This document shows, in pieces, positions 1-14,213 of a stretch of DNA of 64,000 nt. Numbering within the stretch: the stretch's first letter is position 1; each line of letters opens with the position of its first letter. The stretch is from assembly GCA_964016885.1 (NCBI GenBank), contig OZ024744.1:77500001-77564000 (forward strand), read 5' to 3'. The position numbers were made by a program, and so were the translations under genes. The notes beneath the pieces were generated by a model. It did no database searches. It saw only the letters and a program-made list of their open reading frames with translations, and was not told the origin of the DNA. The DNA is from Eledone cirrhosa (Eukaryota).

Positions 1-555
1 GGTGCGTTATGGTCCACCTGGTTCCTTACCACACTCCCTTCGTTATATATATATATATAAAATCTTTACCTGGGTCCTGTATTTTCGTTGCTCTAGTGAT
101 GCGGTCGGACTGCCGACTGCTATATCTAATTTGCTAAGCTATCTGAACATAATGTTATACTCTGGGGTCTTACCTCATCTGAGTGCTAAAGCTACAAACC
201 GAATAAGCATACACGCTAGCTTGGCCGTATACTAGAGCTTCGTCTATACTGTACTAAAATTTATCGTTAGACCTGTGCGAAATTCCTTCCTTGCTCACAT
301 TTCAACCAGGTTTGATGGTCTTTATTCTCTCGTGAACGATTCCACCGAATTTATATTCATAGAAATCTGGGACTTGTTTCCTTCTTCATCACTTTCTGCT
401 GCTTAAACCATTTTGTTTGTTTACCCTAGCGTCCCCTTTATTTACGTGTCCCAACTACTTTTTTTTAGCCGTTGCTCGCACCAACCTGAGGTATATGGCC
501 TTTAATGCGACGAAATGCCTACGACGGTTGGATGGCCACTGATGAGGACAAACTT

Positions 556-595
<40 letters not shown>

Positions 596-803
596 CATGA
601 GGTCATAGCGGAGTACTTCACTATTTTCTTTGGTAACATGAGATAAACTCAATGCACGTTTACCGTCCTTGTTTGAAGTATCTCAACAATATAAAGAAAG
701 TAACGCTTCCACTACAAATTTTAGAACCAGATTAGGGAAAATACTAGGTAATTATATACATCTACTATACATATTGCGTGTGTATATATATATATATATA
801 TAT

Positions 804-1450
804 GTCAGGTCACCACTTGGTGCTACTGGTAACATGTATCCCAGTACAACCTGTCTCATGGTCGGGTCGTTGGCGACTAAACTGGCAACCCCACTAAGGT
901 TTCTTGGTGAGGAGGGTGACTTTGGACATCCTGCAGGACTAAAAACAAAACCTGTCAAAGGGCAAAGGACCTCTTAAGAGTCAATGGCCATCCAAAATCA
1001 CTGGGAGAGTTGACCCCTTAGCCTTTGTCAAGGCAGAATTCTAGGAGAAGGAAAACTCTGATATAACACCTGCAACCCTGATGGTATCCAATGATGTTGA
1101 CTTGTTCTTCTTTTTGGTAAATATCATCTTGGTTAAGAGAGTGGGACTGGCTTTGTGCAATGCCTTTGCTCACTATAAAAGCTTCACGGCACAGGCATTG
1201 CTTTATATCTGGAGATCTCTCTGCACTTGTCGTCACATGGTACCATGGGCCCAGCACTATGTGTCAATAATTGTCACAAGTGTAGTGTTTGTACCAGAGT
1301 TTTCAAGTCGCTGGCTGGACTAAAAAGCCACACTCGTTCAGCGCATCGGTAGGGGTTCTCCTACATGGATATAAAGTAGTGGCCGTACTCGAAAACGAGT
1401 TGGCAGCCACCATACATGAGTGTACATATATGCATGTGTACGTGTGTGCG
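804..1450 (+). mobile_element. ~600-bp non-autonomous retroposon with RTE-5'UTR-like sequence and (TATG)-like tail; second copy at 38760-39545
   Basis: Two dispersed homologous copies contain ctaggagaagg(a/c)aa(a)ctc. Both end in tggcc(g/a)ta(c/t)tcga.aacgag..ggcag followed by TATG-type repeats. Confidence 0.6.
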
Positions 1451-1939
1451 TGTATTAAATTCATAACTATCAACATCGAATTCAGTCAAGGTCGATAGTG
1501 CCTCACCTACTCCCTGGTTGTGTTTGTTGCTGTTGATAAAACAGGCCACATCCTCATATACATTCAGTTAGTGTTTAAGCTTAGTGACATACTTCATTTA
1601 TCGTCCTTGAGGCAAATATGGAAGTGTGTTTTATCTTTAAAATGTTGTGTGTATTTGTACCCTGCCTCTACGTTCTGTGTTATTTCTTTCGAGGTTGATA
1701 AAATGATTTTCGATTCAGGCACAAGGCCAACAATTTTGGGGAATGGGAAAGTCGATTTAACCAACCCCAGTGAATTACTGGGACTTTATTTTTTTCGATA
1801 CTGTCAATCCACCGCCCCGTGGTTCGATAAAATAATAGTAACCGTCAAGTTCTGGGGATTCGATTTAATCAACTTTTGCCTCGTGTCATATTTAAATTAC
1901 TGGCCTTATGCTTAAATCAGAAATAATTGTTGTTGTGCT

Positions 1940-2242
1940 GCTGCTGTTGTTGTTGTTGTTGTTGTTGTTACCACCACCATCGCCATCATTACCATATGTA
2001 GCAAGTTCATCGTTATTCATCACCATTACCATCATTACCATCATCGTCGTCGTCATCATCATCATCATCATCATCATCATCACCATTACCATCATCATCA
2101 CCAGCAACATTACCATCATCATCATCACCATCATCACCATCATCATCACCATCACCATCACCATCATCATCATCATCATCATCATTACCATCAACATTAC
2201 CATCATCATCATTACCATCATCACCATCACCATCACCATCAC

Positions 2243-2278
<36 letters not shown>

Positions 2279-2569
2279 TACCATCAACATTACCATCACC
2301 ATCATCACCACCATCACCATCACCATCACCATCACCATCATCATCATTACCATCAACATTACCATCATCATCATTACCACCATCACCATCACCATCACCA
2401 TCACCATCATCATCATCATCAGCATCATCATCATCATTACCATCAACATTACCATCACCATCATCACCACCATCACCATCACCATCACCATCACCATCAT
2501 CATCATTACCATCAACATTACCATCATCATCATTACCATCATCACCATCACCATCACCATCACCATCAC

Positions 2570-2608
<39 letters not shown>

Positions 2609-3679
2609 TACCATCAACATTACCATCACCATCATCACCACCATCACCATCACCATCACCATCACCATCATCATCATTACCATCAACATTACCATCATCA
2701 TCATTACCACCATCACCATCACCATCACCATCACCATCATCATCATCATCAGCATCATCATCATCATTACCATCAACATTACCATCACCATCATCACCAC
2801 CATCACCATCACCATCACCATCACCATCATCATCATTACCATCAACATTACCATCATCATCATTACCACCATCACCATCACCATCACCATCACCATCATC
2901 ATCATCATCAGCATCATCATTATCATCACCATCATCATCATTATTACCACCACCATCATCATCATCATCATCATCATCATGAACACCGAATGGACCCGGA
3001 AGCCTTTACACGGCCATTTGACTTACTAGAAATAGCAGCTAATTCTTACTTCAAATCACATTCTATAAGTCTTTAAGAGGGGAAAGTACACGTGCCTGTC
3101 GTTGAACTTGTGTTAAAGCAACAATAGAGCAGCAGTTGCTATCATAGCTTCAGCTTAGTGGCGTCACTGACCAGAGCCACGTGGCTTTAACTGGTGTTGC
3201 TGCAGCAGCAGTAGTAGTAGTGGTGGTGGTGGTAGTGGCGGTGGTGGTGGTGGTGGTGGTGGTGGTAGTGGTGGTGGTGGTGGTAGTGGTGGTAGTAGTA
3301 GTATTGGTAGTTGTGGTGGTAGTGGTGGTGGTGGTGGTAGTGGTGGTAATGGTAGTGGCGGTGGTGGTGGTGGTGGTGGTGGTGGTGGTAGTGGTGGTGG
3401 TGGTGGTAGTGGTGGTAGTAGTAGTATTGGTAGTTGTGGTGGTAGTGGTGGTGGTGGTGGTAGTGGTGGTAGTGGTGGTGGCGGTGGTGGTGGTGGTGGT
3501 AGTAGTGGTAGTAGTAGTAGTGGTAGTGGTGGTGGTGGTAGTGGTGGTCGTGGTGGTGTAGTAGTAGTAGTAGTAGCGGTGGTGGTGGTGGTGGTAGTCG
3601 TGGTGGTCGTGGTGGTAGTAGTAGTAGTAGTAGTATTGGTAGTGGTGGCGGTAGTGGTGGTGGTGGTGGTGGTGGTAGT

Positions 3680-3710
<31 letters not shown>

Positions 3711-3777
3711 CGGTGGTGGTGGTGGTAGTAGTGGTAGTAGTAGTATTGGTAGTGGTGGTGGTAGTGGTGGTGGTGGT

Positions 3778-3811
<34 letters not shown>

Positions 3812-3934
3812 TGGTGGTGGTAGTGGTGGCGGTAGTGGTGGTGGTGGTGTAGTAGTAGTAGTAGTGGCGCTGGGGGTGGTGGCGGTGGTGGTGGTAGTGG
3901 TAGTAGTAGTATTGGTAGTGGTGGTCGTGGTGGT

Positions 3935-3983
<49 letters not shown>

Positions 3984-4062
3984 CGGTAGTGGTGGTGGTG
4001 GTGGTGTAGTAGTAGTAGTAGTAGTGGTGGTGGTGGTGGTAGTGGTGGTAGTGGTAGTAGTG

Positions 4063-4104
<42 letters not shown>

Positions 4105-4333
4105 ACAGTAGTGGTGGTGGTTGCGGTCGTGGTGGTGGTGGTGGTGATGCTTGTGGTGGTGGTACTGGTTATGGTGATGCTTGTGGTGGTGGTGGATGAT
4201 GGTGGTGTTGGTGGATGATGGTGAAGGCAGTGGTGGTGGTAGTAGTAGTGTTGGTGGTGTTGAGGGTTCTAGTTGTGGTTGTGGTAGCGGTTCTGGTGCT
4301 GGTTGTGGTGGCGGTGATGGTGAAGGCGGCGGC

Positions 4334-4367
<34 letters not shown>

Positions 4368-4747
4368 CTAGTGGTGGTGGTGGTGGTGGTGGTAATGGTG
4401 GTGGTGGTGGTGGTTGTGGTGGTACTGGTTCTGGTGCTGCTTGTGGTGGTGGAATCACACACCTGCAGCACTAGCAGCAGAAGCAGCAGAAGCAGCAGCA
4501 CCAACAGCATCAGAAGCAGGAATTGAAATAAGAACGCTAGCTATAAGTGACACTTGTCACTTTGTAACAAACATTAATGATAAACGAAACCAGTAACAAC
4601 AACATCATCAACAACAGCAACAACAGCAACAACAACAGCAACAACAGCAACAACAACAACAGCAACAACAACAACAGCAACAACAACAACAACAACAACA
4701 GCAACAACAGCAACAACAACAACAGCAACAACAGCAACAACAACAGT

Positions 4748-4778
<31 letters not shown>

Positions 4779-4972
4779 GCAACAACAGCAACAACAACAG
4801 TAACAACAGCAACAGCAACAACAGCAACAACAGCAACAACAGCAACAACAACAACAGCAACAACAGCAACAACAATAGCAACAACAACAGTAACAACAAC
4901 AACAACAACAACAACAACAGCAACAACAACAGCAACAACAACAGCAACAACAGCAACAACAATAATAACAAC
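1940..4972. repeat. Trinucleotide arrays: (CAT/CAC)n, (GTG/GTA)n, (AAC/AGC)n
   Basis: Read directly from the sequence. Confidence 0.97.
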
Positions 4973-4974
4973 CC

Positions 4975-5795
4975 CGTCTGAAGAAGGAACCCTGCGAGGT
5001 GGGGTGGCTGTGGCCATTGTCCACGGGAATGCTTTTGCGGTCTTGTCCGCAGGGCGCAACCCCTTTACTGCCACGCCCTAGGGCCGAGCTCAATCACCCT
5101 GCCCCTCCCTATTCTTCTGTGACACTAAAGGCCTTAACATTCTCTCCCTTTTCTGAATTTTTTTCTTTTTTTCTTTGTTTTCCTATTTTACATTCCATTC
5201 TTCTCAATCTAAATTTTCATTTTTTTTCTTTTTCTATTAAACTTTATTTACATAATATATTCCATAAACAAATAAAAATTTTGCAAAGCAGCAGCAACAT
5301 CAGCTCCTCTATACTCTTACAGCGCTCCTTGCTACAGCCACGCTGATCTTGACACTTGTAGCCGAGGGGCAGCTGAGGAGATATGCAACGTCAGGTTTGA
5401 CGTCATTGGATGGCAACAGGCCACCTTACCTGTTAGATATGGTGGCTTTAGCCGCCAGTCCCCGATCTCGTTGGCTTTGCCGGCGTTTCTTTCGTCGGTA
5501 ACCTCATCAGGGTTCTCCAAAACCCTCTGTGAACGAGGAACGTGATCCCACCTGCGAGACGTGGGACCGGCTTCGACTTAGCCCAGCAGGCGTTCCTCCT
5601 ACTTCTCCCCCTGCTGACGTCGAGGCCCCTCAAAGCATTTGGGATGCCATCCAGTGCAACCTGGCCCCACGGGGCGGCCAGCACGGGGGACCCCATTTGC
5701 TCACTATACAGAGAGATGGGGAGGGCGAGAGAGATGGGGCGATGACGCTAGGAGTTCGGCTCTTCTGTGTTCGTACATATTGCACCTGTCATTTA
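4975..5795 (+). mobile_element. CRE-like LINE fragments
   Basis: WQQATLPVRYGG..SLALPAFLSS at ~5408-5497; EPCEVGWL..GNAFAVLS at ~4985-5050; 3' UTR ccccatttgctca. Confidence 0.6.
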
Positions 5796-6382
5796 TAATC
5801 TTATTAAAGAGAGGTAAAAGAAAATAATGAATGATTTTTTTTGTCTCATCAGACATTAACAAGCTAGCGGTGAGCCTCCGTGTGGTCGCTTGACCCGGTA
5901 GAAGTAACAAAGTAACAACTAAATTTACTTTAACACTTTAGCATTTAAACCGGCCATACCTTGCCAGAATTCTCCTACCTCTTTCTGTTCAAACCGGCTA
6001 TAACCGCCCGCTCATACTGATGTTACGGTATTATTCTCAAAATAAATATCATCAAAATCTCATATATCTGATATTATGTGAGATAATTATGTAAGCTAAA
6101 GCCTTTACTGTGAAAATACAATAGTAAATATAGAGTAATGTAAATGGTAAAGGGTTAAAGACGAAATGATTACGGCTCGAACGTTGCAGCACTTTAGATC
6201 TTCAGGATCAAAACTGGAATGGACCTCCGTCGATTGTAAATTACTCTTGCCTAAGATGCCACACAGTGTGATCGAACCCGGGACTTGACCTGAGGCTATA
6301 CAACAACAAAAAACACAAATAAACATTACCCCCATCAATACTTTTCTTTAATCATACGGCAGCTGGATCATAACTGACAAAT

Positions 6383-9300
6383 GTGGTGTGGTGTGGTGTA
6401 ATGTGGTGTAATGTAGTGTGGTGTTATGTGGTGTGATGTAGTGTGGTGTGGTGTGGTGTGGTGTGGTGTGGTGTGGTGTGGTGTGGTGTGGAGTGGTGTA
6501 ATGGTATAGTGTGGTGTTGTGGAGGCGCGTGGCTGAGTGGTTAGAGAACTGGATTCACAATCTTGAGGTTGTGAGTTCGATTCCCGAACCGGGCGATGCG
6601 TTATGTCCTTGAGCAAGACACTTTATTTCACGTTGCTCTACCTGGAGTTGCGACCGATAGATAGTATTAGCAACTGGAAAGACCAACGGAAACATTGTTT
6701 CCTCGGTCCGATTTGACAAAAGTCGATCGACTGTCGATAGTGTGGTGTTGTGTGGTGTGGTATGATGTAATGTGGTGTAGTGTTATGTAGTGTGGTGTGC
6801 TGTGGTGTGGTGTAGTGTGGTGTGGTGTGGTGTGGTATAGTGTGGTGTGGTGTAGTGTGGTGTGGTGTAGTGTGGTGTAGTGAGGTGTGGTGTGATGTGG
6901 TGTAGTGTGGTGTGGCGTAGTGTGGTGTGGTGTGGTGTGGTGTAATGTGATGTGGTGTAGTGTGGTGCGATGTGGTGTAGCGTAGTGTGGTGTGGTGTGG
7001 TATAGTGTGGTGAGGTGTAGTGTGGTGTAGTGTGGTGTAGTGAGGTGTAGTGTGATGTGGCGTAGTGTGGTGTAGTGTGGTGTGGTATAATGTGGTGATG
7101 GGTTGAGTGGTGTGGTATAGTGTGGTGTGGTGTAGTGTAGTGTGGTGTAGTAGTGAGGTGTGGTGTGATGTGGTGTAGTGTGGTGTAGTGTGGTGTGGTA
7201 TAATGTGGTGATGGGTGGAGTGGTGTGGTATAGTGTGGTGTGGTGTAGTGTGGTGTGGTGTAGTGTGGTGTAGTGAGGTGTGGTGTGATGTGGTGTAGTG
7301 TGGTGTGGTGTAGTGTGGTGTGGTATAATGTGGTGATGGGTGGAGTGGTGTGGTATAGTGTGGTGTGGTGTAGTGTGGTGTGGTGTAGTGTGGTGTAGTG
7401 AGGTGTGGTGTGATGTGGTGTAGTGTGGTGTGGTATAGTGTGGTGTGGTGTAGTGTGGTGTGGTGTAGTGTAGTATGGTGTGGTGTAGTGTGGTGTAGAG
7501 TGGTGTGGTGTGGTGTAGTGTGGTGTAGTGTGATGTGCTGTGGTGTGGTATAGTTTGGTATGGTGTGGCGTGGTGTGGTATAGTGTGGTGTGATGTATTA
7601 TAGTGTGGTGTAGTGTGGTGTTATGTGGTGTAGTGTGATGTGGTGTGGTATGATGTGGTGTAGTGTGGTGTAGTGTAGTGTAGTGTAGTGTAGTGTAGTG
7701 TAGTGTAGTGTAGTGTAGTGTAGTGTGGTGTAGTGTAGTGTGGTGTGGTGTAGTGTAGTGTGGTGTTATGTGGTGTGATGTGGTGTGATGTGGTGTAGTG
7801 TAGTGTGGTGTAGTGTGGTATGGTGTGGTGTGGTGTGGTGTAGCGTGGTGTGGTGTAGTGTGGTGTGGTGTAGTGTGGTGTAGTGTGGTGTGGTGAGGTG
7901 TAGTATAGTGTGGTGTAGTGTGGTGTTATGTGGTGTGATGTGGTGTGATGTGGTGTGGTGTAGTGTGGTGTGGTGTGGTATGGTGTAGTGTTGTGTGGTG
8001 TAGTGTGGTGTGGTGTGGTATAGTGTGGTGCGGTGTAGTGTGGTGTAGTGTGGTATGGTGTAGTGTGGTGTAGTGTGGTGTGGTGTAGTGTGGTGTGGTG
8101 TGGCGTAGTATAGTGTGGTGTGGTGTAGTGTGGTGTAGTGTGGTGTGGTGTGGTATGGTGTGGTATAGTGTGGTGTAGTGTAGTATGGTGTGGTGTGGTG
8201 TAGTGTGGTGTAGTGTGGTGTAGTGTAGTGTGGTGTAGTGTGGTGTGGTGCAGTCTGATGCTGTGTAGTGTAGTATAGTGTAGTGTGGTGTGGAGTAGTG
8301 TGGTATGGTGTGGTGTGGTGTAGCGTGGTGTGGTGTAGTGTGATGTGGTATGATGTGGTGTAGTGTAGTGTGGTGTGGTGTGGTATGGTGTAGTGTGGTG
8401 TAGTGTGGTGTGGTGCGGTATAGTGTGGTGCGGCGTAGTGTGGTGTGGTGTAGTGTGGTATGGTGTAGTGAGGTGTAGTGTAGTGTGGTGTAGTATGGTG
8501 TAGTGTGGTGTGGTGTAGTGTAGTGTGGTGTGATGTGGTGTGATGTGGTGTGATGTGGTGTGGTGTAGTGTAGTGTGGTGTTATGTGGTGTGATGTGGTA
8601 TGATGTGGTGTGGTGTAGTGTGGTGTGGTGTGGTATGGTGTAGTGTGGTGTGGTGTAGTATGGTGTAGTGTGGTGTAGTGTAGTGTGGTGTAGTGTTGTG
8701 TGGAGTGGACTAGTATGATGTAGTGTAGTATGGTGTGGTGTCGTGTGGTATCGTGTAGTGTAGTGTGGTGTAGTGTAGTGTGGTGTATGGTAGTGTGGTG
8801 TGTTGTAGGGTGGTGTTGTGTAGTGTGGTGTGGTGTAGTGTAGTGTGGTGTGATGTGGTGTGGTGTAGTGAGATGGTGTGGTGCGGTGTAGTGTAGTGTG
8901 GTGTAGTGTGGTATGGTGTAGTGTGGTGTAGTGTGGTGTAGTGTGGTGTAGTGTGGTGTGGTGTGGTGTAGTGTGGTGTAGTGTAGTGTGGTGTAGTGTG
9001 GTATGGTGTAGTGTGGTGTAGTGTGGTGTAGTGTGGTGTAATGTGGCATAGTGTGGTGTGGCGTGGTGTAATGTGGTGTAGTGTAGTGTGGTGTAGTGTG
9101 GTGCGGTGTGGTGTAGCGTAGTGTGGTGTGGTGTGATATAGTGTGGTGTGGTGTGGTGTAGTGTGATGTAGTGTGGTGTAGTGTGGTGTGGTGTGGTATG
9201 GTGTGGTATAGTGTGGTGTAGTGTAGTGTGGTGTGGTGTGGTATAGTGTGGTGCGGCGTAGTGTGGTGTGGTGTAGTGTGGTATGGTGTAGTGTGGTGTA

Positions 9301-12115
9301 GTGTAGTGTGGTGTAGTATGGTGTAGTGTGGTGTGGTGTAGTGTAGTGTGGTGTTATGTGGTGTGATGTGGTGTGATGTGGTGTGGTGTAGTGTAGTGTG
9401 GTGTTATGTGGTGTGATGTGGTATGATGTGGTGTGGTGTAGTGTGGTGTGGTGTGGTATGGTGTAGTGTGGTGTGGTGTAGTGTGGTGTGGTATAGTGTG
9501 GTGCGGCGTAGTGTGGTGTGGTGTAGTGTGGTATGGTTTAGTGTGGTGTAGTGTGGTGTAGTGTAGTGTGGTGTAGTGTAGTGTGGTGTTATGTGGTGTG
9601 ATGTGGTGTGGTGTAGTGTAGTGAGGTGTAGTGTGGTATGGTGTGGTGTGGTGTAGCGTGGTGTGGTGTAGTGTGGTGTGGTGTAGTGTGGTGTAGTGTC
9701 GTGTGGTGTGGTGTAGTGTGGTGTCGTGTGGTATGGTGTAGTGTGGTGTGGTATAGTGTGGTGTGGTATAGTGTGGTGCGGTGTAGTGTGGTGTGGTGTA
9801 GTGTGGTATGGTGTAGTGTGGTGTAGTGTGGTGTAGTGTGGTGTGGTGTGGCGTAGTATAGTGTGGTGTGGTGTAGTGTGATGTAGTGTAGTATGGTGTA
9901 GTGTGGTGTAGTGTAGTGTGGTGTAGTGTTGTGTGGAGTGGACTAGTATGATGTAGTGTAGTATGGTGTGGTGTCGTGTGGTATCGTGTAGTGTAGTGTG
10001 GTGTAGTGTAGTGTGGTGTATGGTAGTGTGGTGTGTTGTAGGGTGGTGTTGTGTAGTGTGGTGTGGTGTAGTGTAGTGTGGTGTGATGTGGTGTGGTGTA
10101 GTGTGGTGTAGTGTGGTGTAGTGTGGTGTAGTGTGGTGTGGTGTGGTGTAGTGTGGTGTAGTGTAGTGTGGTGTAGTGTGGTATGGTGTAGTGTGGTGTA
10201 GTGTGGTGTAGTGTGGTGTAGTGTGGTGTAATGTGGCATAGTGTGGTGTGGCGTGGTGTAATGTGGTGTAGTGTAGTGTGGTGTAGTGTGGTGCGGTGTG
10301 GTGTAGCGTAGTGTGGTGTGGTGTGATATAGTGTGGTGTGGTGTGGTGTAGTGTGATGTAGTGTGGTGTAGTGTGGTGTGGTGTGGTATGGTGTGGTATA
10401 GTGTGGTGTAGTGTAGTATGGTGTGGTGTGGTGTGGTGTGGTGTAGTGTGGTGTAGTGTGGTGTGGTGTAGTGTGGTGTGGTGCAGTCTGATGCTGTGTA
10501 GTGTAGTATAGTGTAGTGTAGTGTGGTGTGGTGTAGTGTAGTATGATTTAGTTCGGTGTAGTGTGGTGTGGTGTAGTGTAGTATGATTTAGTTCGGTGTA
10601 GTGTGGTGTAGTGTGGTGTGGTGTGGTGTAGTATAGTGTGGTGTGGTGTAGTGTGATGTAGTGTAGTATGGTGTAGTGTGGTGTAGTGTGGTGTAGTGTG
10701 GTGTGGTATAGCGTGATGTAGTGTAGCATGGTGTAATGTGGTAAGGTGTGAAATAGTGTGGTGTAGTATAGTGTTGTGAGGTGTGGTGTAGTGTTGTGTG
10801 GTGTAGTGTGGTGTAGTGTGGTGTGGTGTAGTATAGTGTGGTGTAGTGTAGTGTAGTATGGTGTAGTGTGGTGTAGTATCGTGTAGTGTAGTGTAGTGTA
10901 GTGTAGTGTAGTGTAGTGTAGTGTGGTATGATGTGGTGTAGTGTAGTGTAGTGTAGTGTAGTATGGTGTAGTGTGGTGTAGTATGGTATAGTGTGGTGTA
11001 GTGTAGTGTAGTGGGGTGTGGTATGATGTAGGGTAGTGTGGTATGATGTGGTGTAGTGTGGTGTAGTGTGGTGTTCTGTGGAGTAGTGTGGTGTGGTGTA
11101 GTGTGGTGTAGTATAGTACAGTGAGGTGTGGTGTAATGTTTTGTGGTGTGGTGTAGTGTAGTGTGGGGTTGGTGTAGTGTAGTGTGGTGGGGTGTAGTGT
11201 GGTGTGATATAGTGTAGTGTGGTGTGTTGTAGTGTGGTATAGTATTGTGTAGTGTGATGAGGTGTAGTGTGGGGAGGTGTAGTGTAGTGTAGTGTGGTGC
11301 GGTGTGGTGTGGTGTAGTGTGGTGTAGTGTGGTGTAGTGTGGTGTGGCGTGGTGTGTTGTAGTGTAGTGTGGTGTAGTGTGGTGTAGTGTGGTTTGGTGT
11401 AGTGTAGTGTGGTTTAGTGTGGTGTAGTGTGGTGTAGTGTGGTGTAGTGTGGTGTTTGTAGTGTGGTTTGGTGTGGTGTACTGTAGTGTGGTGTAGTATA
11501 GTGTGGTGTAGTGTGGTGTAGTGTGGTGTAGTGTAGTGTGGTGCAGTGTGGTGTGGTGTGGTGTAGTGTGGTGTAGTGTGGTGTAGTGTGGTGTAGTGTA
11601 GTGTGGTGTGGTGTAGTGTGGTGTAGTGTAGTGTTGTGTAGTGTGGTGTAGTGTGGTGTAGTGTGGTGTAGTGTGGTGTAGTGTGGTGTAGTGTAGTGTG
11701 GTGTGGTGTGGTGTAGTGTAGTGTTGTGTAGTGTAGTGTGGTGTAGTGTGGTGCAGTGTGGTGTGGTGTAGTGTGGTGTGGTGTAGTGTGGTGCAGTGTA
11801 GTGTGGTGTAGTGTAGTGTGGTGTAGTGTGGTGCAGTGTGGTGTGGTGTAGTGTGGTGTAGTGTGGTGTAGTGTAGTGTGGTGTAGTGTGGTGTAGTGTA
11901 GTGTTGTGTAGTGTAGTGTGGTGTAGTGTGGTGCAGTGTGGTGTGGTGTAGTGTGGTGTGGTGTGGTGTGGTATGGTGTAGTGTGGTGTGGTGTAGTGTG
12001 GTGTGGTGTGGTGTGGTGTGGTGTGGTGTGGTGTGGTGTGATGTAGTGTGGTGTACGGTGGTGTGGTGTGGCGTGATGTGGTGTGGCGTGGTATGATGTA
12101 GTGTGTGGTGTCGTG
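6383..12115. repeat. (GTGTG/GTGTA)n pentamer satellite
   Basis: ~5.7 kb of 5-bp units, interrupted at ~6520-6740, with higher-order duplications. Confidence 0.97.
6520..6645 (+). mobile_element. tRNA-derived SINE head
   Basis: A box tggctgagtgg, B box gttcgattcc, then gtccttgagcaagacacttt. Confidence 0.8.
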
Positions 12116-12879
12116 TTATGTCTTATTGAACTCGCATTGCGTGAACCGCTTGTTAATATATTTTCCTCTTTTCTTAAAAGCAGAATCGGTTGACTCATGC
12201 TATATCTGCACGAACTCAATGAACAGAGACTGCAAAAATATCTTGTAAAGGAGCCTTGCCCGTATCATCTTCAACAGAAAGCGGGGACTTGGCAGAGTTG
12301 GTATGGCATCGGAAAGAATGCTTCGAGGCATTTGTTCAGACACTCTATACTCTGAGTTCAAATCACATTGACGTTGACCTTGCATATCATATACTCGCGG
12401 GGTTGATAAATAGAGTACATGTTATTGTGAAGTCTACTGGCGAAATAATTAAAGCGTTAACAGAGTGCCTTGCGGTGTCTGTTTCGGCCGAATACATTCT
12501 CAGATTAAATCCCACGTCCACTCACAGAAGTTGTAGTCGTCAGGTAATATTAACAATAGATAGGCCAATAGAAACATATTTACCTTGCTCCAATCTGGAA
12601 AATCGGTTTCATTTACCTTCATCAGCAGAAAGACACAATCATTATGCGTATAAAAAATAAAACATTATTGCCCCAAAACAAATGTTAACATAGCAACATG
12701 CGGCTAGAGATCTCTAGGTAGTCCCGAATACTAGATGTCACAATCTGAATTTGCCACATACATATATATATATATATATGTGTGTGTGTGAGTGTGTGCA
12801 TTTAATATATATAGATATAGATATGTACAGGTAAAGAGGTGGGGCTGTGTGCTTACTGAAAACGAAGTGTTAGAAGAAC

Positions 12880-13405
12880 AAGGAAGAAAAGTTTCCCTTC
12901 GACAGCTGTTTACTACGGATCTTAGATGTTTCGGCGCTTAAAACAGAACATCGATCCTTAGCGCGCCCATGGCCTTTTATCCATCAAAAAGCCATGAGGC
13001 AAAGAAGTGATAGTGAAGAGAGAGGACGACAAAAAGGGGAAAAAAGGAAAAAAACAAAGTATACATACCGATAGAAGGGGCAACACAGGACAATGGCTCA
13101 TATATGTAAGTAATTGAAGAGAAAATAGATCAAGTTATACCGAGCCGATGGGTATAAGCCCGGTGGCCGTATTAACTGAGGAGCAAGGTTTTTCCGTGGC
13201 GATTCTCAGTAAAGTGAGTGTAGAGAGAGTGAAAGACGGAGAAACCGGAAGTGAGAGGGAGTAGGTGACAGAGGGAGTGAGTAAGAGGGATAGAGAGAGA
13301 GAGAGAGGGTGGGGGAGGAGAAGGAAAAGGGAGTTAATCCAAAAGGGGTTTAAGACGCTCGTGCAACCAGGCGGAAAACCAGCATATATATATAAAATTA
13401 TTTGC

Positions 13406-13448
<43 letters not shown>

Positions 13449-13810
13449 AGGACGGGCGCGTAGAGCACGAGAAGATAAAAGGGGATGTGTGTAAGCAATG
13501 CCCTGGTGTATCTCTCGAAACGATCGGTGTCTCCATTGAATTGGTGTGACACCACATTGTGGGAAGGTGCGCTTGAGCAAATCTAGTCTCAGGAGCCACA
13601 GTCACAGCCATGTTCAAAGAGAACCAGTAAACTATGATCTCCACGGTATTGTGAAGGTTCACAGGTAACCTGATGTAAGATCTGAGGCCAGGCAGATCCA
13701 TAGTTGTCGTCAGTGTGAGAAGGAGTGCAAGTCTCTAGCAGGCTTGAAAAGCCATATTGGAGCGTCACACATCTGAATCTGACAAGGGATTGCAATACTC
13801 TTAGCAGAGT
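12880..13810 (-). mobile_element. Highly decayed PLE GIY-YIG/3' fragment interrupted by microsatellites
   Basis: The frame ending ESPRKNLAPQLIRPPGLYPSARYNLIYFLFN resembles typical PLE C-termini. Weak upstream similarity (ETCT.., SHQFN). Confidence 0.4.
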
Positions 13811-13842
13811 TTGCAGCCATCATATATATATATATATATAAT

Positions 13843-14085
13843 AGGAAAATGTTCAAGACCCCGAAGGCAGAGCTCAAGCCGTTTCGACGGCTATTTCTAG
13901 TCCAGAAATAGCCGTCGAAACGGCTTGAGCTCTGCCGTCGGGGTCTTGAACATTTTCCAATTACCCACTCTACTACCCTAAATATTGAGTACTCTGGTGC
14001 GTTATGGTCCACCTGGTTCCTTACCACACTTCTTTCGTTATATATATATAACGAAGGAAGTGTGGTAAGGAACCAGGTGGACCAT
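13843..14085. mobile_element. Family E pLTR-like element with fold-back 5' end and an extra inverted tail copy
   Basis: Inverted repeat ~13843-13958 centred near 13900, followed by the tail ggtgcgttatggtccacctggttccttaccac, which recurs inverted at ~14050-14085. Other copies lie at 1-55, 27450-27665, 28683-28882 and 48390-48530. Confidence 0.75.
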
Positions 14086-14148
14086 ATATATATATATATA
14101 TATATATACGATATTAATAAATGGAAACTATATTTATAAAACCATATT

Positions 14149-14213
14149 TATTTCATTATACATATTTCAGGGATACCAAATTAAATTATGGTATGCCTTC
14201 ATCAGACAAAATA
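14149..14213 (-). ncRNA. Minimal hammerhead ribozyme, family A (antisense arm)
   Basis: Reverse complement of 14862-14926. Confidence 0.82.

Noticed and set aside
530-560. CTGATGA as a hammerhead
   Set aside because: No pairing stem II or GAAA follows.
804-930. HDV-like or twister ribozyme at the 5' end of the retroposon
   Set aside because: P1/P3 (HDV) and the twister UAA/pseudoknot elements could not be fitted by eye.
6520-6600. tRNA gene (also ~50340-50415 and ~51430-51500)
   Set aside because: A/B boxes are present, but there is no clean cloverleaf and the sequence continues into a SINE body.
1892-12219. Long His/Thr/Val/Met/Cys-rich ORFs
   Set aside because: These are stop-free translations of tri- and pentanucleotide repeats in multiple frames, with no domain or splice support.
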